Origin: a virus | DNA length: 64,000 bases | IMG/VR virus record: IMGVR_UViG_3300044846_003008 | Direction: 5' to 3' (one strand) | Part shown: positions 17,616 through 28,631 of the stretch, one piece after another | How the letters are laid out: each line of letters starts with the position of its first letter | Numbering within the stretch: position 1 is the stretch's first letter | Notes under the pieces: model-generated | The model's input: only the letters and a program-made list of their open reading frames with translations | What the model was told of the DNA's origin: nothing | Databases searched by the model: none | Made by a program: the position numbers and the translations under genes

Positions 17616-18863
17616 TTACAAATTACCTGTTATTCTATCACCCCAACCTTTGGATTGACTATGTGGCCATACTACCCAATATTTTGGTTTGAGTGTTGTT
17701 TGGAACTCTCTCCATACTTTACAATATCCTTCAGGGTCATTCTTCATTCTATTTATTTCGTGAACGTCAGCGTCTTGTCTGTGAATTGTTTCATCATTTT
17801 CATCGTGAAAAGCGACAACCCAAAAGTCGTAATCATTTTCAGGGACTGAATCAAAACCAATATCAATACAATGTTTGAATATTGACGCGTAACTATTTAA
17901 CCATTCTTCCTCTGTTTCAAAAATTTGTGGGTTTGGTGGGTAATTTTTATCTAAAGTGTATTGTTGTACCGCTCTTTTTGAAAATAACAAACCTGAATAA
18001 ATTTCATACTCTTTTAATGTACGTTCAGTTCCGAAACCATAGATACCAAAATCTAATGTGACTTCTTCACCATCCATACCAAATAATTGTCTATTTTTAG
18101 AATGTGAAATGGTGTTTTTAGTCCCCCAATCTTTATCGTCATCCCATTGTTTTGTTCTACCTTTACGAGTATATTCGTGCCAAATCACAACTTTATGTGG
18201 GTGGAATAAATCATATCCGTGAGTATATGCTCTTGCCGCGATTGAGATTTCTTCTCCGTGGAAATAAAACTCAGGGTCGTGTTGAACTTCAGTACTGAAT
18301 TGACCAACACTGAATGCGAAATGTGCTGAATAAAATCTTGATGTTACAGGTTCTTTCAATTTCTCCCACCCAGGTATTGTTTCAGGTAAAAAGAATACGG
18401 CACCTTCAGGGATGAATCGGTCAAACACCATTCTCCAAGGTTCTCTAATACGTTCTGCCGGGTCATTCTCAGGGTTAAATGATGATACATAACCTGTTAA
18501 TAATGGTTTTGGGAAACCTTTCTTTTGTAATTGTTTAATCATTTTGATTAAAGTATCGTCCCAATCTTTTTCAAATCTCATATGAGAATCAATTTGTAAG
18601 GTATACTCTTCACCATCATATAATTGTTGTACTTGATTTCTCGCCCAACAAACACCTTTAGAATCTGAATATAAAACATCTAAAATTCTAAAACGTTTAT
18701 CTTTACGATAATCATCTAATGTGTCAAACCCATCTTCAGGATGGTATTGACGACAAATTCCAATTCTAAGGTTATTTGGTTTTTTCGCGTTAGTAATCAT
18801 ATCCTTAACCGTTTTTTCTAATTCGGGGTCACGATATGATGCAATTTGTACAAATATTTTCAT
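17616..18863 (-). CDS. GT60-family polypeptide/hydroxyproline N-acetylglucosaminyltransferase
   Basis: IFVQIASYRDPEL, SKGVCWARN, LQIDSHMRF..DWD, FHGEEISIAARAYTHGYDLFHP and FGTERTL..YE. Confidence 0.88.
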   Translation of the reverse strand: MKIFVQIASYRDPELEKTVKDMITNAKKPNNLRIGICRQYHPEDGFDTLDDYRKDKRFRILDVLYSDSKGVCWARNQVQQLYDGEEYTLQIDSHMRFEKDWDDTLIKMIKQLQKKGFPKPLLTGYVSSFNPENDPAERIREPWRMVFDRFIPEGAVFFLPETIPGWEKLKEPVTSRFYSAHFAFSVGQFSTEVQHDPEFYFHGEEISIAARAYTHGYDLFHPHKVVIWHEYTRKGRTKQWDDDKDWGTKNTISHSKNRQLFGMDGEEVTLDFGIYGFGTERTLKEYEIYSGLLFSKRAVQQYTLDKNYPPNPQIFETEEEWLNSYASIFKHCIDIGFDSVPENDYDFWVVAFHDENDETIHRQDADVHEINRMKNDPEGYCKVWREFQTTLKPKYWVVWPHSQSKGWGDRITGNL

Positions 18864-18952
18864 AAATTATTAGTTTTAATAATAATAAAGATTTATGAAA
18901 ATAAATAAAGTTGATTAATTAGAAAAATTATTCTCTATTCGTATAGTGGACC

Positions 18953-21900
18953 TCAAGTGTTAAAAAAACGACTACTTTCCGAATCATAGTTAGATTTGAC
19001 TTCAGTAGATGATAACTCTCGGTTATAAACTCTAAAGATTGAAATTGTCCCATCAAACCAATCGGTTCCACCGGTACGAACACCAATTTCTAATGGACCG
19101 TTGTTGGCTTGTACTAATAAGGTTTTAGTTATGTTATATCCCGCACTAACACCATTAATGTATGTATAATAACCTGTAGATGTCCATACACCGACTAAAT
19201 GAACCCATTGGGCTGCTATTGTTGTACCTGTACTAGCGTATGTGTCAACACCTCCGCCGGATTTAGCACCAATCATTTCTAAACGACCAAGTGAATCTAA
19301 CCTCATTCTAAACCCTTGATTACTATTTTTACTAAAAATTTCTGAGAAATTTTTAAACAAATCAGGTTTAACCCAAGCCTCAACAGAAACGGTGTTAGTA
19401 ATATTTGATAATGTTGAACCATTACCACAGATTATTTTTTGGTTAGTTCCGTTAAAACTAAACCCACCCATATTTGGTTTTAAGTATGTTGGGATTGTTG
19501 GATATATACTTGTATAAAAAGTACCATCGTTATTATTGTTTGTAATGTCAAATAATGCTGTACTTGAACTTGGCCAAGATAAATCTGACCCTGCATCATA
19601 CCAAAGAACTAAACCATCAGTTGTGATTGGGTAAACAGGTTCTGACCTAACAATACTTCTACTACTTGTGTAAACAGGGGTCCAAGGACTTGCAACTGAA
19701 CTAACAGGGTATATTGGGTCAACACTTGATAATCTAGAATATACGTCCCCTCCGGCTAATGTTGAAGATTGTATCCATAAATCATTGGGACTATCATACC
19801 AAACAACTGATTCTGTGGATGAATAATCCGTCGTTGGGATATTGTAAAAATCTCTACCACCATATGTTCCGTAATCTTCAGACCAAAGGTTTACATACGT
19901 TTCATTAGTGTAATCATATACTTCCCAATCCCAAGGTCTCGGTCTTGGGTATGGTGGAATACAATCAACAAACGTACAAAAATCAAAATAATTAACATTT
20001 AGATTCAAATAAATTGTGGATGATGGTGTGTGGGTAAATGAATAATATTGGTTACTACATCTTGACGTAAAATCCTCTGAGTTAAACCCGACACCCCATT
20101 GTATATTTGGGAAATACACGTCAATCACAGAACCAAACGCGGCGTTAAAACCTGCGGCGTAATTATAAAAACCTCCCATATCAGGTAAAATAACGGATGG
20201 TGAAGTAATCCAAGGTCCACCATTTATTCGGTAAACAACATTAGTAGAATCTGAATTAATACATTCAACCCCAAATGGTATATTAGTTTTGGCATAGATG
20301 TAAAGAGGACCACCACAATCATTACAATTTATAGGTGTTGTGCTACCACTTTTAGTGATAATAGGAGCGTTTGAAAGATTAAAATCCCATTTTTGGTATA
20401 TGGTATAACATTTACCATCGGTTCCTTTAATCATAGTACCAATTTTTGTTTGTGATGGTAAGTAAGCCTTAGGTACTAAATCATCGTTTGGACAGTAATC
20501 GAATTCCAACGGGGTTGTTATTTCTAAAGGTGATGGTGATTCATATAATGGATAGTAACATTGGTCTAAACAATACCAAGAATTAACTGTGTCATTATTA
20601 CATAATGTTAATGTTGCACTTGTCAATGAACCAAAATCACCACCTTGAAAATCTTGAATATATAATTTCCAAGTACCATTCGCACCACCACCACTTAAAC
20701 CGTCAAACGTAGTGAAATCAGGGTAATTACCGATAGTAAATGTTAATGATGCCGGAGATGCGAATGTCGCGTCTCTATAGGCGTAATTATCATTTTTAAA
20801 TGTCCCTGATGAATACCCATCCCACGCAAATCCGGTACTTGTTAAGGTAACCGTTGTATTAATAGCGTCACTACCGCCACCGTCACCTAAAGTTAATAAT
20901 GAATACTGACCTGTAGGTGATACTAAAACCATACCAACATCACCAACAAATGTGTGGTTATAATTTGTTAAAGTAATCTTAACGTCAGTTATTGGCGATA
21001 ATAACCCCTCAGTTGTAAAAGTTATTGGGTATACTGATGCAATACCTGAATTAGGTATGGTTATGTTAGTTTCGTTTGATGGGAAAACATAACAAAATAA
21101 ATTAGGTGTTGGTGTAGGTGTTGGTGTTGTCGTTTTTGTAGGTGTTACGGTTGGGGTGACAGTTCTTGTAGGTGTTACGGTTGGGGTGACAGTTCTTGTT
21201 GGGGTGACAGTTCTTGTTGGCGTTGGTGTAGGTGTTGGACAAATTCCACCACTACATAAACCTCTTCGATTTTTAAATGCTCCAAATAATCCTGATACGG
21301 TACTAACCCAACTTGATGAACATACACTAGCAGATTGTCCCGCATCAAGTGAGATTGTTGCAAAATTTCCTGAACAATCTATAAATGAAAATTCTCTACT
21401 AGAATCACCTATGGCTGATGCTACGCTTAAGTCCCAACAATAACAAGTGTTACAATATTGGCAAGACCCTAAAGCAGTTGCGGTTGCGGTTCCCAATATT
21501 TGAGGAATTGTACTTGAACATATCTCAAAATTTTCATTAAAAGCAGTAACCGTTAATGGGGAACTAAGGACATTAGTACAACAAGGTGTGAAAGTAACAA
21601 TGGCATCATCAACTAAAAAACCACCGGTGTAATTAATAAAATAACTAATACAAGGGGTTGTTGGTGTAGGGGTTTTTGTTGGTGTTGTCGTTTTTGTTGG
21701 TGTTACGGTTGGTGTTACAGTTCTTGTTGGTGTAGGTGTAGGTGTTGGGCAAATAAAACCACCTTGGTTACATTGGAAACAACCACTAACAGTGATATCG
21801 TTAAAAGGGTAAATATTAACTTGATTCCATACTTTAGTTTGGAGTCCTGCCGGATTGTTTAGGGTAATGTCATAACATTGACCTAACGTGTCAACTACCG

Positions 21901-24900
21901 TCCAAGAATTAAATCCTGTTGTTTGACTAATAAATGGTGTCCTATTAGTTGGTAATGACATTGCGAAAACTTGACCTGTACAACAACTAGCCACGGCAAA
22001 TAATGAATATGGTGTTGTTGGTGTCGGTGTCGGTGTTTTTGTCGGTGTTTTAGTTGGTGTGTTAGTTGGTGTTTTTGTTGGTGTTACGGTTGGTGTTTTT
22101 GTTGGTGTTGGTGTTTTTGTTGGTGTTGGTGTAACATTGACAGGACCAACATTATATACGTACCCTTCTAAGTTACAAAGGATTGGTTGTGGTGTTTTAG
22201 TTGGTGTCGGTGTCAGTGTTTTTGTCGGTGTATTAGTTGGTGTTTTTGTTGGTGTTGGTGTATTAGTTGGTGTTTTTGTTGGCGTATTAGTTGGTGTTAC
22301 GGTTGGAGTAACAGTTTTTGTTGGCGTATTAGTTGGTGTCGGTGTTGGACAAATAAATGATGTTGATTTTACCAATATAGTACCTGAAGAATCTTTAACC
22401 GCCACCCAATAAGTTGTTCCAAAAATTGAAACTCCGTAACCTATACTTGAAGTAGTAATCCAATTAGTGTTAGTTAATGCCTGAATTTGTGTTAAAAACA
22501 CTGATGCTCCCACTTGATATGGTGGAAAACCACCAACAATGTTGTTTAAACTCACTGTTGCGGTAGTCCCATTACACGAGGATGTTACGGTAAAATTAAG
22601 TGGTGGTCTTGTATTCGTTGGAGTATTGGTTGGTGTTGTCGTTTTTGTTGGTGTCACGGTTGGTGTCACGGTTGGGGTAGGAGTTTTAGTTGACGTTGGT
22701 GTTGGGGTTGGTGTAGGACAAGGATTTGTGATTAAACAAGAGTTACAGTTAAAATCCCCTCCAACAGGTGGAAACGCAGGTTTTGTATTATCCCAAATAA
22801 TTGTTGTTGGTAATGAAACGGGTGTAAGTATTTTATAACATTTACCATTAGTCGCGATTAAAACATAGTTTGTGTTTACGTATGGTGTTGGTACATTAAT
22901 TACTTCATAGGTTGGTGATGAAATTGGGTCACAACAAGCAATTGCGTATGCGGATGAGTAAAAAGTTGTTTGTGTTGGGGTATTAGTTGGTGTTTTAGTT
23001 GGGGTATTAGTTGGGGTATTAGTTGGTGATTTAGTTGGGGTATTGGTTGGTGTTACAGTTCTTGTTGGGGTATTAGTAGGCGTATTTGTTGGTGTTTTTG
23101 TTGGTGTGTTAGTTGGGGTTACTGTTCTAGTTGGGGTATTCGTAGGTGTATTTGTCGGGGTGTTCGTAGGGGTATTCGTAGGTGTATTTGTTGGGGTTAC
23201 AGTTCTAGTTGGGGTATTCGTAGGTGTTTTTGTTGGAGTGTTAGTCGGAGTATTGGTCGGAGTATTGGTCGGAGTAACAGTTCTTGTTGGTGTATTCGTA
23301 GGCGTTTTTGTTGGAGTGTTAGTCGGAGTATTGGTCGGAGTATTAGTCGGAGTAACAGTTCTTGTTGGGGTATTTGTAGGAGTGTTGGTAGGTGTTTTCG
23401 TAGGTGTATTTGTAGGTGTGTTGGTCGGGGTTTGAGTGTTAGATGGAGTGTTGGTTGGCGTGTTCGTAGGGGTTTTAGTTGGTGTCACAGTACTTGTTGG
23501 CGTGTTCGTAGGGGTTTTAGTTGGGGTATTTGTTGGAGTATTAGTTGGTGTATTTGTCGGTGTCTGTGTTATAGTTGGTGTGTTAGTTGGGGTATTTGTT
23601 GGGGTATTTGTTGGGGTTTTAGTTGGTGTGTTAGTTGGTGTAACGGTTCTTGTTGGGGTATTCGTAGGGGTTTGAGTTCTTGTGTTCGTTGGTGTGTTTG
23701 TTGGTGTATTTGTCGGAGTTTGAGTTCTTGTTGGTGTGTTCGTTGGGGTTAGAGTACTAGTCGGTGTGTTAGTAGGCGTTTCAGGTGGTGTTGAACCGGG
23801 TGTTCTTGTTGGTGTTGGGGTTTGAGTTCTTGTTGGTGTATTAGTCGGAGTGTTAGTAGGTGTATTAGTCGGAGTGTTAGTAGGTGTATTCGTAGGTGTA
23901 TTCGTAGGTGTATTAGTTGGTGTATTAGTCGGAGTTACAGTTCTTGTTGGTGTATTCGTAGGGGTGTTCGTCGGAGTATTTGTTGGGGTATTCGTCGGAG
24001 TGTTCGTCGGAGTTACTGTTCTTGTTGGTGTGTTCGTTGGTGTGTTTGTTGGTGTATTTGTAGGTGTGTTAGTAGGTGTATTAGTTGGCGTTACAGTTCT
24101 TGTTGGTGTATTTGTTGGGGTATTAGTTGGTGTATTTGTTGGGGTTACGGTTCTTGTTGGTGTATTCGTAGGTGTATTTGTCGGTGTATTCGTTGGTGTA
24201 TTTGTTGGGGTTACGGTTCTTGTTGGGGTGTTTGTTGGTGTATTTGTTGGTGTATTTGTGGGCGTATTAGTTGGGGTAACAGTACTTGTAGGTGTGTTAG
24301 TTGGGGTATTAGTTGGTGTGTTAGTTGGCGTGTTAGTTGGTGTGTTTGTTGGGGTATTAGTCGGAGTGTTTGTTGGTGTGTTAGTCGGAGTGTTAGTTGG
24401 TGTGTTAGTCGGAGTGTTCGTAGGTGTATTAGTAGGTGTATTAGTAGGTGTTACGGTTGGAGTTTGAGTTCTTGTTGATGTGTTAGTTGGAGTATTCGTA
24501 GGTGTGTTAGTAGGTGTGTTAGTTGGGGTATTCGTAGGTGTTTTTGTTGGTGTATTTGTCGGAGTATTAGTTGGTGTTTGAGTTCTTGTTGATGTGTTAG
24601 TTGGTGTATTTGTCGGGGTTGGTGTCAGTGTACTTGTCGGGGTTGGTGTTGGGGTTGGACAAGGGTTTGTTGATAAACAAGATGAACAATCAAATTCACC
24701 TCCAACAGGTGGGTATACTGGCTGAGTATCGTCCCATACAATTGTTGCTGGAATTGTTGTGATTGTAAGTACTTTATAACATTTACCATTAGTTGCAACT
24801 ACAACATAATTAGAATCAACACCCGCATATAACAATGGAACCCTAATTACTTCGTATATAGGTGATATGTCACAACAAGCGATAGCATATGCTAATGTGA

Positions 24901-27469
24901 ATGGTGTTGTTGAGGTTGGTGTTTGTGTTGGGGTTTTTGTCGGGGTATTAGTAGGGGTGTTTGTTGGTGTATTAGTAGGTGTGTTTGTTGGTGTATTAGT
25001 AGGTGTGTTAGTCGGTGTTTTTGTCGGTGTTACTGTTCTTGTTGGTGTGTTGGTTGGTGTTTGAGTTTGTGTTCTTGTATTAGTCGGTGTATTTGTTGGT
25101 GTTTTTGTTGGTGTTGGAGTTGACGTTGGCGTTGGTGTTGGGCAAATAAATCCACCTTGATTACATTGGAGACAACCACTAGTCGAATTATCGTTATAAA
25201 AATAGATATTAACGTTATTCCATACTTTAGTTGCCGGACCAAAAGGGGTATTTGGACTAATGTCATAACATTGTCCTAAAGTATCTACTACAGTCCAAGA
25301 ACTAAACCCGTTTATTGGGTCAAAATATGGTGTATAGATAGTCGGTAATGACATTACAAACTGAGACCCACTACAACAATTAATAACAACAAATAATGAA
25401 TGTGGCGTTGTTGGTGTTGGGGTATTAGTAGGGGTGTTAGTTGGGGTTACAGTACTAGTTGGGGTTACAGTACTAGTTGGTGTTTTTGTTGGCGTATTTG
25501 TTGGTGTGTTAGTAGGGGTGTTAGTAGGGGTATTAGTTGGGGTGTTAGTCGGAGTATTTGTCGGTGTTACGGTTCTTGTGTTAGTTGGAGTGTTAGTTGG
25601 AGTGTTAGTTGGAGTGTTAGTCGGTGTATTTGTTGGGGTATTAGTTGGTGTTACAGTTCTAGTTGGGGTTACAGTTCTAGTTGGGGTGTTCGTAGGAGTA
25701 TTCGTAGGGGTATTCGTAGGTGTATTTGTAGGTGTGTTAGTTGGCGTATTCGTAGGAGTGTTAGTCGGAGTATTGGTCGGAGTATTAGTCGGGGTATTAG
25801 TTGGTGTTACAGTTTTTGTTGGTGTATTTGTTGGAGTGTTAGTTGGGGTATTCGTAGGTGTGTTAGTTGGAGTATTTGTTGGTGTTACTGTTCTTGTGTT
25901 TGTTGGTGTGTTAGTAGGTGTGTTGGTCGGGGTATTAGTTGGTGTTACAGTTCTTGTTGGAGTATTTGTCGGGGTGTTAGTTGGAGTGTTAGTTGGTGTG
26001 TTGGTTGGTGTTACAGTTCTTGTTGGAGTATTTGTTGGAGTATTTGTTGGAGTATTTGTTGGGGTATTTGTTGGTGTTACAGTTCTAGTTGGGGTGTTTG
26101 TCGGTGTGTTTGTTGGCGTGTTAGTTGGTGTGTTAGTCGGGGTAACAGTTCTTGTTGCGGTATTCGTTGGAGTATTAGTCGGAGTATTCGTTGGAGTATT
26201 AGTCGGAGTATTAGTCGGAGTATTAGTTGGTGTATTTGTTGGTGTATTGGTTGGCGTATTTGTTGGTGTATTGGTTGGCGTATTTGTTGGTGTATTAGTC
26301 GGAGTATTTGTTGGGGTGTTAGTTGGAGTTTCAGTTGGAGTATTCGTAGGGGTATTCGTAGGTGTATTTGTCGGTGTATTTGTCGGTGTTTTTGTTGGCG
26401 TATTAGTCGGAGTATTTGTTGGAGTATTTGTCGGTGTATTAGTTGGGGTTTCTGTCGGAGTATTCGTAGGGGTATTCGTAGGTGTGTTAGTAGGAGTTTC
26501 TGTTGGCGTATTTGTTGGGGTATTCGTAGGTGTGTTAGTGGGAGTTTCTGTTGGAGTTGAAGTTGACGTTTTAGTCGGAGTATTTGTGGGTGTGTTAGTT
26601 GGAGTTTCTGTTGGTGTATTTGTTGGTGTATTTGTTGGTGTTGATGTTTGGGTACTGGTAGGTGTTTGAGTTTGAGTTTTAGTGGGCGTTGGTGTGGGTG
26701 TTGGGCACGTATAAATTGGATTAAATGTGAAACAAGTTGCACAATCAACCATTGAGCCCATTGAAATGTGTTGGTAAATATTTGTTGACGTTGTTGAAGG
26801 TATTGATTCAGCACAACCAACAAACCCATTTGTTGATATGAAATAACTTCCGGATAATGGATAAAAACTATAAGGTATCTTAGAAATTGTGAATTCATTA
26901 TAAGGTGAACAACAATTTCTAAACTTACCAACAATTGGTGGTAATGTTGGTGTTGGCGTTGGGGTTGGGGTTTGAGTTGGTGTTGGTGTTGGGCAACCAT
27001 TAGCGTCGCACCTTACTGAATAAACTACAGTTCCGGGCTCATCAATCGTGACGTTATATCCGCAGAAATATAAGATGGTGTTTGGTAAAATTTGTGAAGA
27101 AATTTCGGTCCCATTACATAATGTTAAACTATAATTTAAATTTTCACTTTTTGGGTTGATAATTGAAATACAACGACATTTAGCGGGTGTGCTGGTCGGT
27201 GTACTAGTCGGTGTTAATGTTGGTGTCGGTGTTGGTGTTATGTCACAAGGTAACAATAACATTTCTTCACAATTATTAGCGTCCGTTGCGATAACTAAAA
27301 CCTCACCAAATAATTCGATACCTCCAAATTCAGGAACTTGGAGAGTTAACGTTGGAGGCACGGAAACAACACCTGTAATAACCTTACTACAATAAGTTCT
27401 TGTCTTATCGCAGATTATTATCTCATAAGGTGAATGACCCGTTAAACTTGTTATCTGAACTACACTCAT
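18953..27469 (-). CDS. Giant mucin-like virion protein (2838 aa): Cys-rich modules separated by TPTN repeats, a P-domain and a C-terminal LamG/ConA-like domain
   Basis: Uninterrupted ORF. P-domain [17 protein letters not shown]...[10 protein letters not shown] (~20600-21060); Lam[11 protein letters not shown]...VEAWVKP...WVHLVGVW...YINGV...FRVYNRELS (~18953-19620); TATTTAT motif 9 nt upstream. Confidence 0.85.
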   Translation of the reverse strand: MSVVQITSLTGHSPYEIIICDKTRTYCSKVITGVVSVPPTLTLQVPEFGGIELFGEVLVIATDANNCEEMLLLPCDITPTPTPTLTPTSTPTSTPAKCRCISIINPKSENLNYSLTLCNGTEISSQILPNTILYFCGYNVTIDEPGTVVYSVRCDANGCPTPTPTQTPTPTPTPTLPPIVGKFRNCCSPYNEFTISKIPYSFYPLSGSYFISTNGFVGCAESIPSTTSTNIYQHISMGSMVDCATCFTFNPIYTCPTPTPTPTKTQTQTPTSTQTSTPTNTPTNTPTETPTNTPTNTPTKTSTSTPTETPTNTPTNTPTNTPTETPTNTPTNTPTNTPTETPTNTPTNTPTNTPTNTPTKTPTNTPTNTPTNTPTNTPTETPTNTPTNTPTNTPTNTPTNTPTNTPTNTPTNTPTNTPTNTPTNTPTNTPTNTPTNTATRTVTPTNTPTNTPTNTPTNTPTRTVTPTNTPTNTPTNTPTNTPTRTVTPTNTPTNTPTNTPTNTPTRTVTPTNTPTNTPTNTPTNTRTVTPTNTPTNTPTNTPTNTPTNTPTKTVTPTNTPTNTPTNTPTNTPTNTPTNTPTNTPTNTPTNTPTNTPTRTVTPTRTVTPTNTPTNTPTNTPTNTPTNTPTNTRTVTPTNTPTNTPTNTPTNTPTNTPTNTPTKTPTSTVTPTSTVTPTNTPTNTPTPTTPHSLFVVINCCSGSQFVMSLPTIYTPYFDPINGFSSWTVVDTLGQCYDISPNTPFGPATKVWNNVNIYFYNDNSTSGCLQCNQGGFICPTPTPTSTPTPTKTPTNTPTNTRTQTQTPTNTPTRTVTPTKTPTNTPTNTPTNTPTNTPTNTPTNTPTKTPTQTPTSTTPFTLAYAIACCDISPIYEVIRVPLLYAGVDSNYVVVATNGKCYKVLTITTIPATIVWDDTQPVYPPVGGEFDCSSCLSTNPCPTPTPTPTSTLTPTPTNTPTNTSTRTQTPTNTPTNTPTKTPTNTPTNTPTNTPTNTPTNTSTRTQTPTVTPTNTPTNTPTNTPTNTPTNTPTNTPTNTPTNTPTNTPTNTPTNTPTNTPTNTPTSTVTPTNTPTNTPTNTPTNTPTRTVTPTNTPTNTPTNTPTNTPTRTVTPTNTPTNTPTNTPTRTVTPTNTPTNTPTNTPTNTPTNTPTRTVTPTNTPTNTPTNTPTNTPTNTPTRTVTPTNTPTNTPTNTPTNTPTNTPTNTPTNTPTNTPTRTQTPTPTRTPGSTPPETPTNTPTSTLTPTNTPTRTQTPTNTPTNTPTNTRTQTPTNTPTRTVTPTNTPTKTPTNTPTNTPTNTPTITQTPTNTPTNTPTNTPTKTPTNTPTSTVTPTKTPTNTPTNTPSNTQTPTNTPTNTPTKTPTNTPTNTPTRTVTPTNTPTNTPTNTPTKTPTNTPTRTVTPTNTPTNTPTNTPTKTPTNTPTRTVTPTNTPTNTPTNTPTNTPTNTPTRTVTPTNTPTKTPTNTPTNTPTRTVTPTNTPTKSPTNTPTNTPTKTPTNTPTQTTFYSSAYAIACCDPISSPTYEVINVPTPYVNTNYVLIATNGKCYKILTPVSLPTTIIWDNTKPAFPPVGGDFNCNSCLITNPCPTPTPTPTSTKTPTPTVTPTVTPTKTTTPTNTPTNTRPPLNFTVTSSCNGTTATVSLNNIVGGFPPYQVGASVFLTQIQALTNTNWITTSSIGYGVSIFGTTYWVAVKDSSGTILVKSTSFICPTPTPTNTPTKTVTPTVTPTNTPTKTPTNTPTPTKTPTNTPTKTLTPTPTKTPQPILCNLEGYVYNVGPVNVTPTPTKTPTPTKTPTVTPTKTPTNTPTKTPTKTPTPTPTTPYSLFAVASCCTGQVFAMSLPTNRTPFISQTTGFNSWTVVDTLGQCYDITLNNPAGLQTKVWNQVNIYPFNDITVSGCFQCNQGGFICPTPTPTPTRTVTPTVTPTKTTTPTKTPTPTTPCISYFINYTGGFLVDDAIVTFTPCCTNVLSSPLTVTAFNENFEICSSTIPQILGTATATALGSCQYCNTCYCWDLSVASAIGDSSREFSFIDCSGNFATISLDAGQSASVCSSSWVSTVSGLFGAFKNRRGLCSGGICPTPTPTPTRTVTPTRTVTPTVTPTRTVTPTVTPTKTTTPTPTPTPNLFCYVFPSNETNITIPNSGIASVYPITFTTEGLLSPITDVKITLTNYNHTFVGDVGMVLVSPTGQYSLLTLGDGGGSDAINTTVTLTSTGFAWDGYSSGTFKNDNYAYRDATFASPASLTFTIGNYPDFTTFDGLSGGGANGTWKLYIQDFQGGDFGSLTSATLTLCNNDTVNSWYCLDQCYYPLYESPSPLEITTPLEFDYCPNDDLVPKAYLPSQTKIGTMIKGTDGKCYTIYQKWDFNLSNAPIITKSGSTTPINCNDCGGPLYIYAKTNIPFGVECINSDSTNVVYRINGGPWITSPSVILPDMGGFYNYAAGFNAAFGSVIDVYFPNIQWGVGFNSEDFTSRCSNQYYSFTHTPSSTIYLNLNVNYFDFCTFVDCIPPYPRPRPWDWEVYDYTNETYVNLWSEDYGTYGGRDFYNIPTTDYSSTESVVWYDSPNDLWIQSSTLAGGDVYSRLSSVDPIYPVSSVASPWTPVYTSSRSIVRSEPVYPITTDGLVLWYDAGSDLSWPSSSTALFDITNNNNDGTFYTSIYPTIPTYLKPNMGGFSFNGTNQKIICGNGSTLSNITNTVSVEAWVKPDLFKNFSEIFSKNSNQGFRMRLDSLGRLEMIGAKSGGGVDTYASTGTTIAAQWVHLVGVWTSTGYYTYINGVSAGYNITKTLLVQANNGPLEIGVRTGGTDWFDGTISIFRVYNRELSSTEVKSNYDSESSRFFNT
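22970..24660 (-). repeat. 12-nt-period coding tandem repeat (T-P-T-N)n with RTVT/TQT interruptions
   Basis: + strand GTNGGNGTRTTN units with variable third positions. Confidence 0.95.
25405..26705 (-). repeat. 12-nt-period coding tandem repeat (T-P-T-N)n
   Basis: Same unit as 22970-24660; shorter tracts at about 21105-21240, 21655-21750, 22010-22350, 22610-22720 and 24905-25143. Confidence 0.95.
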
Positions 27470-27562
27470 TATTTAAACATAAATACCATTTATATTTGTT
27501 ATTTTTTAATACATTTATAAAAAATAACTGATAATTTTTAAAATTAAATGAACAATCTAATC

Positions 27563-28627
27563 TTAAAGAGATGCACAAGGTACATTGTTAAATAATTGAC
27601 AAACTGACGATTCTAAAAATGAGGTAATTTCTTCATTTGAAAATGTTGGTGATAACCCGTTATATCTTGAAAGTAGTACTAAACCTAAGTAAATACTATG
27701 TCCTGTAACTATCACAGAATTCGTCATTAATTGCGGATTATCAGTATTTCGATTATCATCAACCCCTCTAATATCTGACCCCCATAATGTGCTAGTTACG
27801 GTAAACCACACATAAACAATACTTGGTGTTTCAGGCGAGTGGTTAGTGTAACTATACCAATTACCATTAATATCACCACAAGTGTAAGTTCCGTTATCTA
27901 ATTCTTCAGTTCTATCACCACTACCCGGAGCTCCAAAAGCACCGATACCGATAGTGTCTACAGTACTACCAAATCTGGTCATAGTTAACTGAGGCCAAAC
28001 GTTTTGTTTGGTAACAAAATAATAAGAACCAATTGTTCCGTAAGTGATTGGAATTGGACTATCAATCAATATTCTATTACCATTATCGAACATATCAAAT
28101 CCACCGTCTTGGATGTAATTAGTTGAAGGTATAAAGTTATATAGGTATTCAAACGTCATTGCAGAATACGGGACATATGAATTTAATTTCCACCAATTAG
28201 ACATTTGGGTTAAACAAGATACGGGAGTAACACTTGGGGTAAGTGTTGGGGTAGGTGTGTTAGTTGGTGTTGTCGTTGGTGTATTTGTTGGTGTTGGGGT
28301 AGGTGTTATTAAACAAGGGTTAGGTGTTATTGTTGGTGTATTTGTTGGTGTTGGGGTTGGCGTGTTAGTTGGTGTTGTGGTTAATGTTGGTGTTGGTGTC
28401 GGTGTCGGTCTTTGAACATTTAAAAAATTAGGACAATCCGAACCTGACACTAATATAGTGTAGGACCCGTAAACATCACGAGGTGGGGTTAAGATTGATG
28501 GGTCGAACGTGTAAGGTAAAATAACTTCACCTAAATTTATGGTTGTATTAACATTGTCAGGTTTAAACAAAACATTTGCTTGTTCTCCATCGTAATTTAT
28601 ACTTGATATTATAATTGATTTACTCAT
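27563..28627 (-). CDS. Putative virion protein with Thr/Pro linker
   Basis: N-terminal beta domain, a ~60-aa [10 protein letters not shown] tract and a C-terminal globular domain; coupled to the upstream gene. Confidence 0.65.
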   Translation of the reverse strand: MSKSIIISSINYDGEQANVLFKPDNVNTTINLGEVILPYTFDPSILTPPRDVYGSYTILVSGSDCPNFLNVQRPTPTPTPTLTTTPTNTPTPTPTNTPTITPNPCLITPTPTPTNTPTTTPTNTPTPTLTPSVTPVSCLTQMSNWWKLNSYVPYSAMTFEYLYNFIPSTNYIQDGGFDMFDNGNRILIDSPIPITYGTIGSYYFVTKQNVWPQLTMTRFGSTVDTIGIGAFGAPGSGDRTEELDNGTYTCGDINGNWYSYTNHSPETPSIVYVWFTVTSTLWGSDIRGVDDNRNTDNPQLMTNSVIVTGHSIYLGLVLLSRYNGLSPTFSNEEITSFLESSVCQLFNNVPCASL

Positions 28628-28631
28628 CTTA

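Noticed and set aside
21748-25405. Diversity-generating retroelement template/variable repeat pair (the duplicated Cys modules)
   Set aside because: Both copies are in-frame parts of one ORF, the differences include indels and are not adenine-specific, and no reverse transcriptase is present in the window.
22970-26705. Possible CRISPR array or non-coding satellite
   Set aside because: The period is 12 nt, there are no unique spacers, and variation is mostly at synonymous positions of a coding frame; no cas genes are present.
21156-27395. Long + strand Val/Gly-rich and Cys/Trp/Arg-rich ORFs that look like membrane or metallothionein-like proteins
   Set aside because: They are antisense shadows of the TPTN repeat, which lacks stop codons in those frames. 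The minus-strand frame has real domains and a promoter motif.
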